Shown: piece by piece, positions 1 through 9,704 of the stretch | Layout: every line of letters begins with the position of its first letter | How positions within the stretch are numbered: position 1 is the stretch's first letter | Origin: an uncultured Candidatus Rokubacteria bacterium | GTDB taxonomy: Bacteria; Methylomirabilota; Methylomirabilia; Rokubacteriales; CSP1-6 | Reading direction: 5' to 3' | DNA: 64,000 nucleotides | NCBI GenBank assembly: GCA_963747235.1 | Contig: CAVVEU010000008.1 | Location: forward strand, 160,001-224,000 | Position numbers and translations under genes: made by a program | Notes under the pieces: model-generated | What the model saw: only the letters and a program-made list of their open reading frames with translations | What the model was told of the DNA's origin: nothing | The model's database searches: none

Positions 1-2
1 AG

Positions 3-245
3 GAGGGCTCGCTGGAGCGACGCTTCCGCACGAAGGACCGCGCGCTGCCGCTGGCGTGGGTGACCGAGGCGTTCCAGCGCTACGCCGGCGGCGATCTCGC
101 CTGGCGCGATGCGGTGGCGTGGGAGCGGGACCGCATCCATGTCCCGCGCGAGTCCTGGATGACGAGCTGGCCGGCCTACATCGCGCTGCTCGTCGGGGTC
201 TCCGCCGCGATGTGGCTCTTCCACGCCTGGAGAGCGGCTCCCTAG
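3..245 (+). CDS. 3' end of an unknown protein with a C-terminal transmembrane helix (begins upstream of window)
   Basis: Open frame from window edge EGSLERRFRTKD...YIALLVGVSAAMWLFHAWRAAP-stop; stop overlaps stop of the convergent gene. Confidence 0.7.
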   Translation, partial: EGSLERRFRTKDRALPLAWVTEAFQRYAGGDLAWRDAVAWERDRIHVPRESWMTSWPAYIALLVGVSAAMWLFHAWRAAP

Positions 246-946
246 GGGATCAGGAGGCGCTCGTGGAGGGCGCTGAGGATCTCGGCGATCGCGGCCTGCG
301 CCCACACGTCGTAGAAGGGGGATTCGAGCAGGGCGCCGATCTCGGCGCCGCCGCGCGCCTTGGCCTGCTCCTCGGTCTCGCCGGGGCGCGCCGCGCGCAG
401 GTGGCCCATGACGCGCTCCTTGCGGTAGATCGCGGGATACTCGATGTAGCGGTACAGCTCCACGAAGTCCTCGGTGAAGAACACCGCCACCGGGACCGAC
501 GCCCACCGCTGGCCGTTCTTCTCGTTGGCGTAGGCCTGCACCAGGTCCGCGTTGCCGCCCGACGCGGGGTCGGGCAGGCCCTTCATCAGCATCGTGTCGC
601 CGTCGCGGACGAAGATGCGCAGCTCGAGGCCGCCCGCCTTGGCGAGGCGCGCGAGGTAGGGGACGTCCCGCCGGCAGTCCGACGACCACTCCTCGGAGAT
701 CACCGCGACCTTGGCGGGCCCGCCCGGCTGCGCGGCGAGCCACTGGATGGCCCCGATCTGATCGGGGGTGAGCCGCGCCCCGGCGTGGCGCTTGTGGAGG
801 AAGGCGCTCCAGTCCAGACGCGGGCGCACCTTGCTGAACCGGCGGATGTCGAAGCCCTCGCGGGCCAGGTTTCCGGGCGAGCCGGTGAACTTCACGTAGT
901 CGTCGAAGGTCATGCCCTGGGCGAAGCGCTCCGGCGTCATCGGCAC
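242..946 (-). CDS. Thioredoxin-fold protein (Thioredoxin_9-like) with SxxC site
   Basis: N-term RFAQGMTFDDYV, ISEEWSSDCRRDVP, cis-Pro motif SVPVAVF; AGAGAGGA RBS upstream. Confidence 0.8.
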   Translation of the reverse strand: MPMTPERFAQGMTFDDYVKFTGSPGNLAREGFDIRRFSKVRPRLDWSAFLHKRHAGARLTPDQIGAIQWLAAQPGGPAKVAVISEEWSSDCRRDVPYLARLAKAGGLELRIFVRDGDTMLMKGLPDPASGGNADLVQAYANEKNGQRWASVPVAVFFTEDFVELYRYIEYPAIYRKERVMGHLRAARPGETEEQAKARGGAEIGALLESPFYDVWAQAAIAEILSALHERLLIP

Positions 947-967
947 GTCATCCTCTCTTGGTCCGTC

Positions 968-2128
968 TCAGGTGAAGAGGCGCCGGCTCGCGATCGCCGC
1001 GCCCTCGGTGAGGGCGCCGAGCTTGGCCCACACCACGCTGTGGGCCACCATCTCCGAGCCCGCGAAGGTGCCGAAGCCGCAATCGGTGGAGGCGATCACG
1101 CGCGTGGGATCGCCCACCGCGTCCACCGCCGCGGCGATCCGGTCGGCCACCACCTCGGGATGCTCGACATAGTTGGTGGTGGTGTCGATCACCCCGGGTA
1201 GCAGGAGCATGGAGTCGGGAAGCGGGTGGCGCTTGAACACGCGGTACTCGTGCTGGTGGCGCGGGTTGGCGAGCGGCAGGGACAGCGCGCCGACCCGCGC
1301 GCGGTAGACGAGCGGCAGCACCGCCTCGAGCGCCACGTCGTGGGTGTGGGGGCCGTCGTAGTTGCCCCAGCAGACGTGCAGGCGGATGCGGTCCGGCGGA
1401 ATGCCCGCGGTGGCCTGGTTGATGGCCTCCACGTGCAGCGCCACGTTTCGCTGGAAGGCCTCGAGGGAGTCGTTCTGGAAGAAGCGCACGCGCTCCATGG
1501 CCAGATCGGGGCAGTCCACCTGGAGCAGTAGCCCTCGCGCGTGGATCAGCGCGTACTCCTTGCGCATCTCCCGGGCCAGCGCCATCACGTACTGCTCGTG
1601 CGAGCTGTAGTGGGCGGAGAGCAGGATGGTGGCGATCACCCCCGGCGAGGCCGCGGTCATGAAACGCTCGGTGAAGCCCGGCGCCCGGCCGTCGGTGTGC
1701 CGGAGGAAGCCGTCGCACTCCTCCGCCGCCGGGCCCAGGTCGGCGTACTCCACCTCCGCGATGGCCTGCGGCGCGTCCGCGATGCGGGCCGCGTCGCGGC
1801 GCCGGCGGGCCAGCATCTCCGCGTAGTCCGGGAAGTCGATCAGGTCGCGGGCGGGCAGGCGCCGGCTCGTGCCGCCGAAGCCGCGCATGCGACCGGCCAC
1901 GTAGGTCGAGAAGCCGGCGCGCGGCTGCTCGCCGTTGTTGCCGACGTCGATGCCGACCTCGATTTGACGGGCCACCACGTGGGCGACCGCCGCGTCGGCC
2001 TCCCGCGCCAGCGCGGCCGCGTCCACCGGCTCGCCCCGGTCGCGGCGCACGAGCAGGTCGCGCAGCGCGGGCGGGCGCGGGAGGCTGCCCACGTGGGTGG
2101 TGAGGATGCGCCCGTCGCTGCGCTTCAC
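968..2128 (-). CDS. Cobalamin-independent methionine synthase II family (MetE C-terminal-like) Zn enzyme
   Basis: TTHVGSLPRP, NNGEQ, Zn ligands LHVCWGNY and STDCGFG. Confidence 0.9.
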   Translation of the reverse strand: MKRSDGRILTTHVGSLPRPPALRDLLVRRDRGEPVDAAALAREADAAVAHVVARQIEVGIDVGNNGEQPRAGFSTYVAGRMRGFGGTSRRLPARDLIDFPDYAEMLARRRRDAARIADAPQAIAEVEYADLGPAAEECDGFLRHTDGRAPGFTERFMTAASPGVIATILLSAHYSSHEQYVMALAREMRKEYALIHARGLLLQVDCPDLAMERVRFFQNDSLEAFQRNVALHVEAINQATAGIPPDRIRLHVCWGNYDGPHTHDVALEAVLPLVYRARVGALSLPLANPRHQHEYRVFKRHPLPDSMLLLPGVIDTTTNYVEHPEVVADRIAAAVDAVGDPTRVIASTDCGFGTFAGSEMVAHSVVWAKLGALTEGAAIASRRLFT

Positions 2129-2439
2129 GAGCCGGTCGCCTCGCGCAGCTCCCTCTGCAGCCAGTCCAGCAGGAGCGCTTTCTCGTGGCGGAGGTGGTCC
2201 GCGGTGACCGGCGCCGCGCTGGTCAGGTGGTCGCTGTCCCGGAGCCGCCGGGTTCCCGCCCGCCCGTCCGCGCCGTCCGCGCCGAGGAGCCGGAACTGCA
2301 GATCGATGCGCGGGGGGTCACCCGCCATGTCGATGTTGGTCACGGTGATCTCGAGCCGCTGCCCCTCGGGCACGCGGCGCGCGCCCGCCTCCTGCAGGAA
2401 GCGCGTGAGTACGGCCAGTGACGTCCGGACGATCTTCAT
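2125..2439 (-). pseudogene. Shortened DUF3016-like protein
   Basis: PEGQRLEITVTNIDMAGDPPRIDL...RHEKALLLDW resembles DUF3016 but lacks signal peptide and the segment between DxAG and PPRI; stop overlaps next start (GTGA). Confidence 0.55.
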
Positions 2440-2468
2440 AGGGGGATCTCCTTCCGGCGGGCGATGGG

Positions 2469-3362
2469 CTAGCCGGCCCTGGGAGTGATCTGGATCAGAG
2501 GGGCTGGCTCGGTCTCGATCTGGATCGTGGTGTGATCGATGCCGAAGCGGGCGTGGAGGACGAGGTGTAGCTCTTCGAGGATCCGGTCGGTGGGCGCGCC
2601 CGCCTCGACCACCACGTGCGCGCTCATGGCCTCGCGGCCGGAGGTGAGCGTCCACACGTGCAGGTCGTGGACCCGCCGCACCGCCGGGGCCGAGCGCAGG
2701 GCGTCCTCGATCTCGGTGACGTCGAGATGCGCCGGCGCGCCCTCGAGCAGGACGTTCACGGCCTGGCGCAGCAGGGCCCACGTGCGGGGCAGGATGAAGA
2801 GCGCGATCAGCGCGCCCGCGATGACGTCGGCGAGCGTCCATCCGGTGAAGATGATGATCAGGCCGGCGACGATCACGAGGGCGGAGCTGACCGCGTCGCC
2901 CAGGACCTCGAGATAGGCGCTCCGCACGTTCAGGCTCTCCGCGGCGCCGCCGTGCAGCAGCCACATGCCGGCCAGGTTCACGAGGAGGCCCAGCGTGGCC
3001 ACCACCAGGATCGGGCCGCCCGGCACGTGCGGCGGCTGCCAGAGCCGCTCGTAGGTGGCCACGAGGATCGCGATGGCCATCACGCAGAGGACCACCCCGT
3101 TGACGAGGGCGGCCAGGATCTCCACGCGGTAGTAGCCGTAGGTCTTGGCCGGCGTGGCGGGGCGCTCCGCGAACCACACCGCGAGCAGGCTCAGGAGCAC
3201 GCCGCCCGCGTCCACCAGCATGTGGGTGGCGTCGGCCAGGAGCGCGAGGCTGCCCGTCCAGAACCCGACCGCCGCCTCGACGACCAGGAACGCGGAGGTC
3301 AGCCCGAAGACGGCCAGCAGGCGGCGCTTGTGGCGGGAGCCGTGAGTGTGCCGGCCGTGCAC
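2469..3362 (-). CDS. czcD: Cation diffusion facilitator (Zn/Co/Cd efflux, CzcD/ZitB type)
   Basis: His-rich N-term, SLALLADATHMLVD, TYGYYRVEILAAL, HDLHVWTLTSG, HTTIQIE. Confidence 0.92.
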   Translation of the reverse strand: MHGRHTHGSRHKRRLLAVFGLTSAFLVVEAAVGFWTGSLALLADATHMLVDAGGVLLSLLAVWFAERPATPAKTYGYYRVEILAALVNGVVLCVMAIAILVATYERLWQPPHVPGGPILVVATLGLLVNLAGMWLLHGGAAESLNVRSAYLEVLGDAVSSALVIVAGLIIIFTGWTLADVIAGALIALFILPRTWALLRQAVNVLLEGAPAHLDVTEIEDALRSAPAVRRVHDLHVWTLTSGREAMSAHVVVEAGAPTDRILEELHLVLHARFGIDHTTIQIETEPAPLIQITPRAG

Positions 3363-3370
3363 GGGCGCGA

Positions 3371-3909
3371 TCAGCGGGCCGGGGGCAGCACCAGCCGCGC
3401 TTCTCCTTGACGGATGCCCTGGCTCGCGAAGAACCCGGCGTGGGCCTCGACCGCGTAGCGGAAGGAGCCGAGCGGCCCGTACAGCTCGGTGGGGCTCGGG
3501 TCCATCTGGAGGATGGCGAAGATGCGGCCGTCCTCCTTGACGAAGGCGATGTCCAGCGCCGCGGGCACGTTCTGCATGTGGAACTGGGTGACGATCTCCC
3601 GGCCGAAGTCGAAGAGGATCAGGTGCCGCTTGATCTCCTCGGGGGTCGCGCACTGGAAGCCGCCGGCCTGGCGCTCGCCGGTGTCGGCGGCCTTCACGCG
3701 GAGCGCGATGGAGCGGGGGCCCGCCTGCACGCTGACCATCCGGACCGGCATGCCCGCGAAGGCCTCGCGCCAGCGCGGACATTCTGGATTTGGGCTGGAT
3801 TCTGGGCGGGACTCGGCGCGGGGCCCTTGGCCGGGCCCTGGGCGATGGCGGCCGGGACCGCCAGGACCAGGAGCAGCGCGGCCAGGACGGCGACGCGCGA
3901 GCGGATCAT
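3371..3909 (-). CDS. Exported DUF192 family protein (frameshift near 3770)
   Basis: Signal peptide MIRSRVAVLAALLLVLAVPAAIA, then LILFDFG, FHMQNV, LDIAFV, YAVEAHAG in another frame. Confidence 0.75.
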
Positions 3910-4733
3910 GGCTGGGCCTCCCGCGGCGTCGCGGGCCACCGGCGGCGCGCCAGCGACGCGGCGGCGAAGATGAGCAGCGCGGCCAGCACGACCGCGCCCC
4001 CCGCGGCCAGGCGCAGGTAGTAGGCCGCGATGAGGCCGGAGGTCATGGACAGCAGCGCGATGCCGATGGCGATCGCGGTGGCGGTGTGGAAGCTCCGGCC
4101 GAGCGCGAAGCCGGTGAGCGCGGGGATCACGATCATCGCGGAGACGAGCAGCACGCCCACCATCCGCATCGCCACCACGGTGGTCAGCGCGGTCAGGATG
4201 GTCAGCAGGAGGTTGAGGGCGCCGACCGGCACGCCGCTGGTCCGGGCCAGGTCCTCGTGGAGCGTGATGGCGAGGAGCTGCTTGTAGAAGCCGCCGATCG
4301 CCACCGTGACGACCGCGCCGAGCGCGACGATCAGCCATACGTCGGCACTGGTCACGGTGAGGATGCTGCCGAAGAGAATCGCGAAGAGATCGGCGTTGAA
4401 GCCGCGGGCCAGGCTGATGAGCACCACCGCCATCGCGAAGCCGCCGGAGAGGAACACCGCGAGGGCCGCGTCGCCCTGCAACGCCCCGCGCGCGCGCAGC
4501 CGCTCGATGCCGACCGCGCCGGCCAGGGCCACCACCAGCGCGCCCAGCACCGGCGAGATGCCGAGCACGAGGCCGAGCGCCACCCCGGCCAGCGCGACGT
4601 GGGCCAGGGTGTCGGCGATCAGCGAGAGCCGGCGCGGGATCAGGAAGACGCCGATGGCCGGGCAGATGAGCGCGGTGACCACGCCCGCCGCGAACGCCCG
4701 ATGCATGAAGCCGTACTGGAGGAATTCGGGCAT
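3906..4733 (-). CDS. znuB: Metal (Zn/Mn) ABC transporter permease
   Basis: ABC-3 motifs DTLAHVALAG, ILFGSIL, VGVLLVSAMIVIP. Confidence 0.93.
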   Translation of the reverse strand: MPEFLQYGFMHRAFAAGVVTALICPAIGVFLIPRRLSLIADTLAHVALAGVALGLVLGISPVLGALVVALAGAVGIERLRARGALQGDAALAVFLSGGFAMAVVLISLARGFNADLFAILFGSILTVTSADVWLIVALGAVVTVAIGGFYKQLLAITLHEDLARTSGVPVGALNLLLTILTALTTVVAMRMVGVLLVSAMIVIPALTGFALGRSFHTATAIAIGIALLSMTSGLIAAYYLRLAAGGAVVLAALLIFAAASLARRRWPATPREAQP

Positions 4734-4737
4734 GGGC

Positions 4738-5482
4738 TCAGTGGTCGTGGCTGACCACGCGCACCGCGGGGCCGTAGAGCGCGGTCAGCGCCGCGTCGCT
4801 CAGGAAGTCGCCCGGGCGGCCGTGGAAGACGAGCCGGCGATTGAGGCACGCGAGCTTGGTGACCTCCTTGGCCACCACCCCGATGTCGTGGCTCACCAGG
4901 ATCAGGGTCACGTCGCGCTCGCGATTGAGATGGTGGAGCAGGGCGTAGAAGCTCGTCTGGGCCTCGGGGTCCACGCCGCCGGTCGGCTCGTCCAGGATCA
5001 GGAGCTCGGGCTTGGAGACCAGCGCCCGCGCGATCAGCACGCGCTGCTGCTGGCCCGGCGACAGCGCGCCGATCCGCGCGCCCGCGTGCGCGGCCATGCC
5101 CACCTGGCCGAGCACCTCCGCGATGCGCCTGCGCTCGGCCCCGCCGATGCGCCCGAAGAGGCCGAGCGAGGGCAGGAGCCCGGTGGCCACCACCTCGTGG
5201 ACGGTCACCGGCAGCGGCGGGATCGAGCGTGGCCTTCTGCGGCACGTAGCCGAGGCGCCCCCACTGCCGGAACGACGCGGGCGGGTGGCCGAAGAGGCGG
5301 ACCGCGCCGCGCTGGGGCGGCAGGAGGCCCAGCATGATGCGGAGCAGCGTGGTCTTGCCGGAGCCGTTCGGGCCGATGATGCCGAGGAAGTCGCCGGGCT
5401 CGACGGTCAGGTTGATGCGCTCGAGCACGGGCACGGCCCCGTAGGCGAAGTCCACGTCCTCGAGCTCGACGAAGGAGCGCAT
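4738..5482 (-). CDS. znuC: Metal ABC transporter ATP-binding protein (frameshift near 5220)
   Basis: GPNGSGKT, GYVPQ, LSPGQQQRV, LILDEP, VSHD; C-term HDH. Confidence 0.92.
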
Positions 5483-6146
5483 CAGCCGCCGATCTCGAGC
5501 GCGCCGTTCACCGCGCGCGGCCGCGCCGGCTGCGCGGTCCCGGGATGCCGCGCGTCCCACCAGGCGCCCGCGGCGGCGCAGCCGGCGCCGAGCAGCGACG
5601 CCGCCCAGCACGTCGGTCGGCCAGTGGGCGTTCAGGATGACGCGGGCGAAGCCGACCGCGGCGACCAGGGCGATCGCAGCGCGGTGCAGGATCGCGCGCG
5701 CCGCGGGCGAGACCCGCTCCCGCGTCATGATGTAGAGCAGGATCACCGCGAAGGTCGCCGCCGCGGTCACGTGCCCGCTGGGGAAGCCCCAGTTGACCCC
5801 GCGGGGCCGCGGCCGGCCGACCAGGAACTTGAAGGTCTGCTCGACGGCGCCCCCGATCGGCATCAGCGCGCACCAGAGCCACCAGTGCCGGCGCGCGGCG
5901 CGCGAGCAGGCGAGGAGCAGCAGGATGGCCGGCGCGAGGACGATCCACTTGCCGCCGTAGTCCACCCAGCGGGCGATCGCGTGCAGCCAGGTGCCGCGGC
6001 CCTTCAGGATCTCGTCGTGCAGCGGCACGTCGCCCGGCAGCAGGCCCGACCGTGTCGACGACGAGGCTCATCCCGAGGAAGGCGCCCAGCAGGACCAGGC
6101 AGAGGGTCCGCCAGCGCGCGACGGTGGTTGCGTCCATGGCGGTCAT
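5482..6146 (-). CDS. PAP2 family membrane phosphatase (frameshifted)
   Basis: KFLVGRPRP, FPSGH, ARVILNAHWPTDV. Confidence 0.85.
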
Positions 6147-7017
6147 ATTGTACTCGACACCCGCCGCAGGAGGGCCTCGGCGAAGCGCGCGGCGGCGGCC
6201 GGCGCGTGGGGGAAGAAGAGGCCGGGCTCGTTGACCTCGACCTCCATGATCTGGAAGCCGGCCGCGGTCTCGACCCCGTCGATGCGCGCGTAGAGCGGGG
6301 GCACCGGCAGCGCGGCCAGCGCCGCGCCGCCCGACCGCCCGGACCGCGTCGGGCGGCTGGGGCGTCTCCACGGTGCCGCCCAGGCGGGGCTGCACCCGGA
6401 ACTCGCCCGCGGCCGGCCGCTTGAGCACCGCGTGCGTCATCTCGGCCTCGATGAAGACCAGCGACCACTCGCCCCGGGTCTGGATCTCCTCGACGAAGGG
6501 CTGGACCAGGACCGGCCGGCGCATCGCGCCGGACGCGAGCGCGTCCACCGCCTCGTCCAGGGTGGCGGCGCTCACCAGCCGCGTGTCGTGCGCGGAGGCC
6601 GAGATCACCGGCTTCATCACGACCCGGCGCCACGCCGCGCGCGGCCATCACCGCCTCGAGCCCCGCGCGCGTCTCGTCCTCCAGGATGACGGTGGCCACC
6701 GTCGGCACGCCGGCCCGCGCGAGCTCGAGCAGGTACGCCTTGGTCAGGTTCCAGCGCACGAGGGCGGGCGGGTTGAAGACGCGGGCGCCGGCCCGCTCGA
6801 GGCGGTCGAGCCAGCCGAGGAAGGCGTCCGGCTCGAAGTGGTAGTCCCAGTTCGAGCGCAGCACGATCGCGTCGAAGCCGTCCCAGCCGGCGCCGACGTC
6901 GTTCCACGCGCGCGCCTCCACGGTGGCGCCGCGGGCCTCGAGCGCCCGCTGGACGAGCCGGTCGCTCTCCGAGATCTCGGGCCAGGTCCGGCACGTGACG
7001 AAGCAGAGCCGTCGCAT
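6143..7017 (-). CDS. ATP-grasp ligase (RimK/DcsG-like), frameshifted
   Basis: LRSNWDY, RWNLTKAYL, MKPVISAS, LVQPFV, ARIDGV, MEVEVNEPGLF. Confidence 0.82.
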
Positions 7018-7033
7018 GGACGGGAGCGGGCGG

Positions 7034-7915
7034 CTAGCGGCAGCCGAGCGCGGTGCGGAGATTGGCCAGGTTCGCGCGCATCAGCTCCAGATAGCCGGTG
7101 CCCGCGGCGGCCTCGGCCGGGCTCACGCCCTCGATGGGATTGAGCGGCAGCGGGGTCGCCCCGATCTCGCGGCTCAGGGTCTCGGCGAGGCGCGGGCTGA
7201 CCAGCGTCTCGTAGAAGACGTGCGTGACCTTGAGCCGGCGCGCGGTCCGGACGATGGCGGCCAGGTCCGCGGGGCTCGGCTCCGCCTCGGGCGAGATCCC
7301 CATGACCGGCACCTGGGTGAGCCGGTAGCGGCGCGCCAGGTAGGCGAAGGCGGCGTGCGAGGTCACGATCTCGCGGCGCGCGCAGTCGGCGAGGCCGGCC
7401 GCGAATTCCAGATCGAGCGCGTCGAGCCGGGCGATGAGGGCCTTCGCGTTCTCGGCGTAGACCGCGCGACCGGCCGGGTCGGCCTGCTCGAGCCCGCCCG
7501 CGATCGCCTGCACCTGCACGCGCGCGAGCGTCGGATCGAGCCATACGTGGGGATCGGTGACCCCGCCCACCGTGAGGACGCTGAGCCCGCCGCGCGCGTT
7601 CACCACCACGCCGTGCCGCCCGGTGAGGTCGGCGAGCAGCTTCTCGGCCCATTTGTCGAGGTTGGTGCCGGTGTGGACGAACACCGCCGCGCGCCGGACC
7701 TGGCTCACGTCGCGCGGCGCCGGCTCCCAGTCGTGCGGCTCGACGCCGGCCGGCACCAGCGAGACCACGTCCGCGCGGTCCCCCGCGACCTGGCGCGCGA
7801 ATTCCCACAGCGGATAGATGGTGGCCACGACCAGCGGCTTCGCGGGCGGCGCGGCGGGCGCGCAGCCGGCCAGCGCCAGCAGCGCGAGCATGACGGGGAG
7901 CGCGCGGCCGATCAT
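7034..7915 (-). CDS. znuA: Zn ABC transporter substrate-binding lipoprotein
   Basis: Lipobox LAGC; EPHDWEP, DPHVWLDP, TSHAAF, LNPIEG (3His+Glu site). Confidence 0.92.
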   Translation of the reverse strand: MIGRALPVMLALLALAGCAPAAPPAKPLVVATIYPLWEFARQVAGDRADVVSLVPAGVEPHDWEPAPRDVSQVRRAAVFVHTGTNLDKWAEKLLADLTGRHGVVVNARGGLSVLTVGGVTDPHVWLDPTLARVQVQAIAGGLEQADPAGRAVYAENAKALIARLDALDLEFAAGLADCARREIVTSHAAFAYLARRYRLTQVPVMGISPEAEPSPADLAAIVRTARRLKVTHVFYETLVSPRLAETLSREIGATPLPLNPIEGVSPAEAAAGTGYLELMRANLANLRTALGCR

Positions 7916-8738
7916 GCCAGTCGTCGCACGCGCAGGACGAGGCCCAGGGCCAGGAGGCTCAGGCCGAAGGCGCAGACCACGGTGGCGCCGGTCGGCAGGT
8001 CGAGCACCGCGGAGGCGAGCATCGCGACGACGCTCACGCCCGCGCCGAAGGCCCAGCCCACCGCGAGCCGCGCGCCGATGCGCTGGGCCAGCAGGATGCC
8101 CGCGAGCGCGGGGACGATCAGGTACGAGAAGACGAGCAGGACGCCCGCGATGCGCACCGACGAGGTCACGACCACGCCGAACGAGGCGTAGAAGAGGAAG
8201 TCCCACGCGCGGACGCGCCAGCCCTCGCGATAGGCCGCGGTCCGGAGCGGTGGAGATGAGGAAGAACGGCCGGCGGCAGAGCCAGTGGAAGCCGCCGATC
8301 AGCGCGTAGAGCGCGGCGACCTTGAGCACCTCCGCGCCGCGCACGCTGAGCAGGCTGCCCGACGAGCATGCCGCGCAGGTGCTCGGCGCCGTGCGGCGAG
8401 CGGTCGGCCAGGAGCACCGCGCCGGCCGCGGAGACCGCGTAGACCACGCCGATGACCGCCTCGTGCGAGACCAGGCCCCGGCGGCTCCGGGTGAGCGCCA
8501 GCACCAGCGCGCCCAGGATCGTGAAGCCGAGCCCCGCCGCGTAGGACTGCCAGGTCTCGAGCTCGTAGCCGACCAGGAACGCGGCGGTGGCGCCGAGCGC
8601 CGCGATCTGGGCCAGCGCGATGTCCACGAACACGACCTCCCGCGCGATGACGTGGAAGCCGAGGTAGGCGTGGATGCCGGTGAGCACCAGGCACATCAGG
8701 AACGGCATCCACATCAGCGCGAGGAGATCGGCGGTCAT
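7912..8738 (-). CDS. Second metal ABC permease (frameshifted)
   Basis: GIHAYLGFHVIAREVVFVDIALAQIAALG; VVTSSVRIAGVLLVFSYLIVPA. Confidence 0.85.
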
Positions 8739-8745
8739 GATCGGC

Positions 8746-9690
8746 CTATCTTAGCCCTTCGGCCAGGGTGCGCACGTTGTAGTCCACGGTCTCGAGATAA
8801 CGTCCTGGCCTCCTTGACCGCGCCCACCGAGGGCGCGAGCACGCGCACCTTGGCGCCCGCCTCCTGGGCCACGCGCTCGGCCAGCTTCACGTCGTTCCAG
8901 GGCTCGACCACCACGAGCTTGATCTGCTCCTGCTTCATGTCCTGGATGAGGCGGGCCAGGTGGCCGGGGGTGGCGGGAATGCCGGGGCGGTCCTCGATGG
9001 CGCCGCCCTTGACCAGGCCGAAGCGGGTGAAGAGGTAGACGAAGTCGGGTGGTACTGCGACGACCTTGGCGCCCTTGAAGGGCGCGAGGGCCGCGGTCCA
9101 GCCGGGTCATCGCCTGGTCGAGCTCGGCCAGGAACGCGGCGCGATTCTTCTCGAACGTCGGACGCGACTGGGGCTGCAGCCGCGCCAGCCCGCTCAGGAT
9201 ATTGGCGGTGATCTGGGGCGCCATGCCCGGGATCCGGCGTGTAGTGCGGGTTGCCGACCGGGTGCACGTCGCCCATCGAGCGGTCCACCTGGGTGGTCGG
9301 CACCTCGAGGATCGGCAGGCCCTCGGAGGCGTCCACGCGCCCGGGCGTGCCGGGCAGCACCTTTGGGTTATTGGCGCCCTGCACGACGACCTCGGCCCAC
9401 TGGTCCAGCTCGAGGCCGTTGATCACCAGCAGGTCGGCGCGCCGCACCTTGACCATCAGGCTCGGGCGCACCTCGAGATCGTGCGGGTTCTGGTTGCCGC
9501 GGGCGAGCGCCTCCACCTCGACGAGGTCGCCGCCGACCGCCTCGGTGAGCGCCTTGAGATCGGTGGTGGTCGCGACGACGCGGAGCTTGTCGGCGGCCGC
9601 GGCGTCCCCCGGCGTGAGGCCGGGGGCGCCGAGGGCGGCAAGGGAGATGCTCAGGATCGCGACCAGTGCTGCGCGGATCGGGCTTCGCAT
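8746..9690 (-). CDS. Second metal ABC substrate-binding protein (GDVHPxGNPH type), frameshifted
   Basis: Signal peptide; KLRVVATTTDL, QNPHDLE, GDVHPVGNPHY. Confidence 0.88.
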
Positions 9691-9704
9691 GGTGGCTGGC
9701 CTCC

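Noticed and set aside
230-245. C-terminal RAAP as a second arrest motif
   Set aside because: Not RAPP/RGPP, and the next gene is convergent so there is no downstream target
660-700. Selenocysteine at the thioredoxin active site
   Set aside because: Codon is TCG (Ser), not TGA
968-2128. Epoxyalkane:coenzyme M transferase call
   Set aside because: Only family-level MetE-like motifs; no CoM biosynthesis or alkene monooxygenase genes in the window
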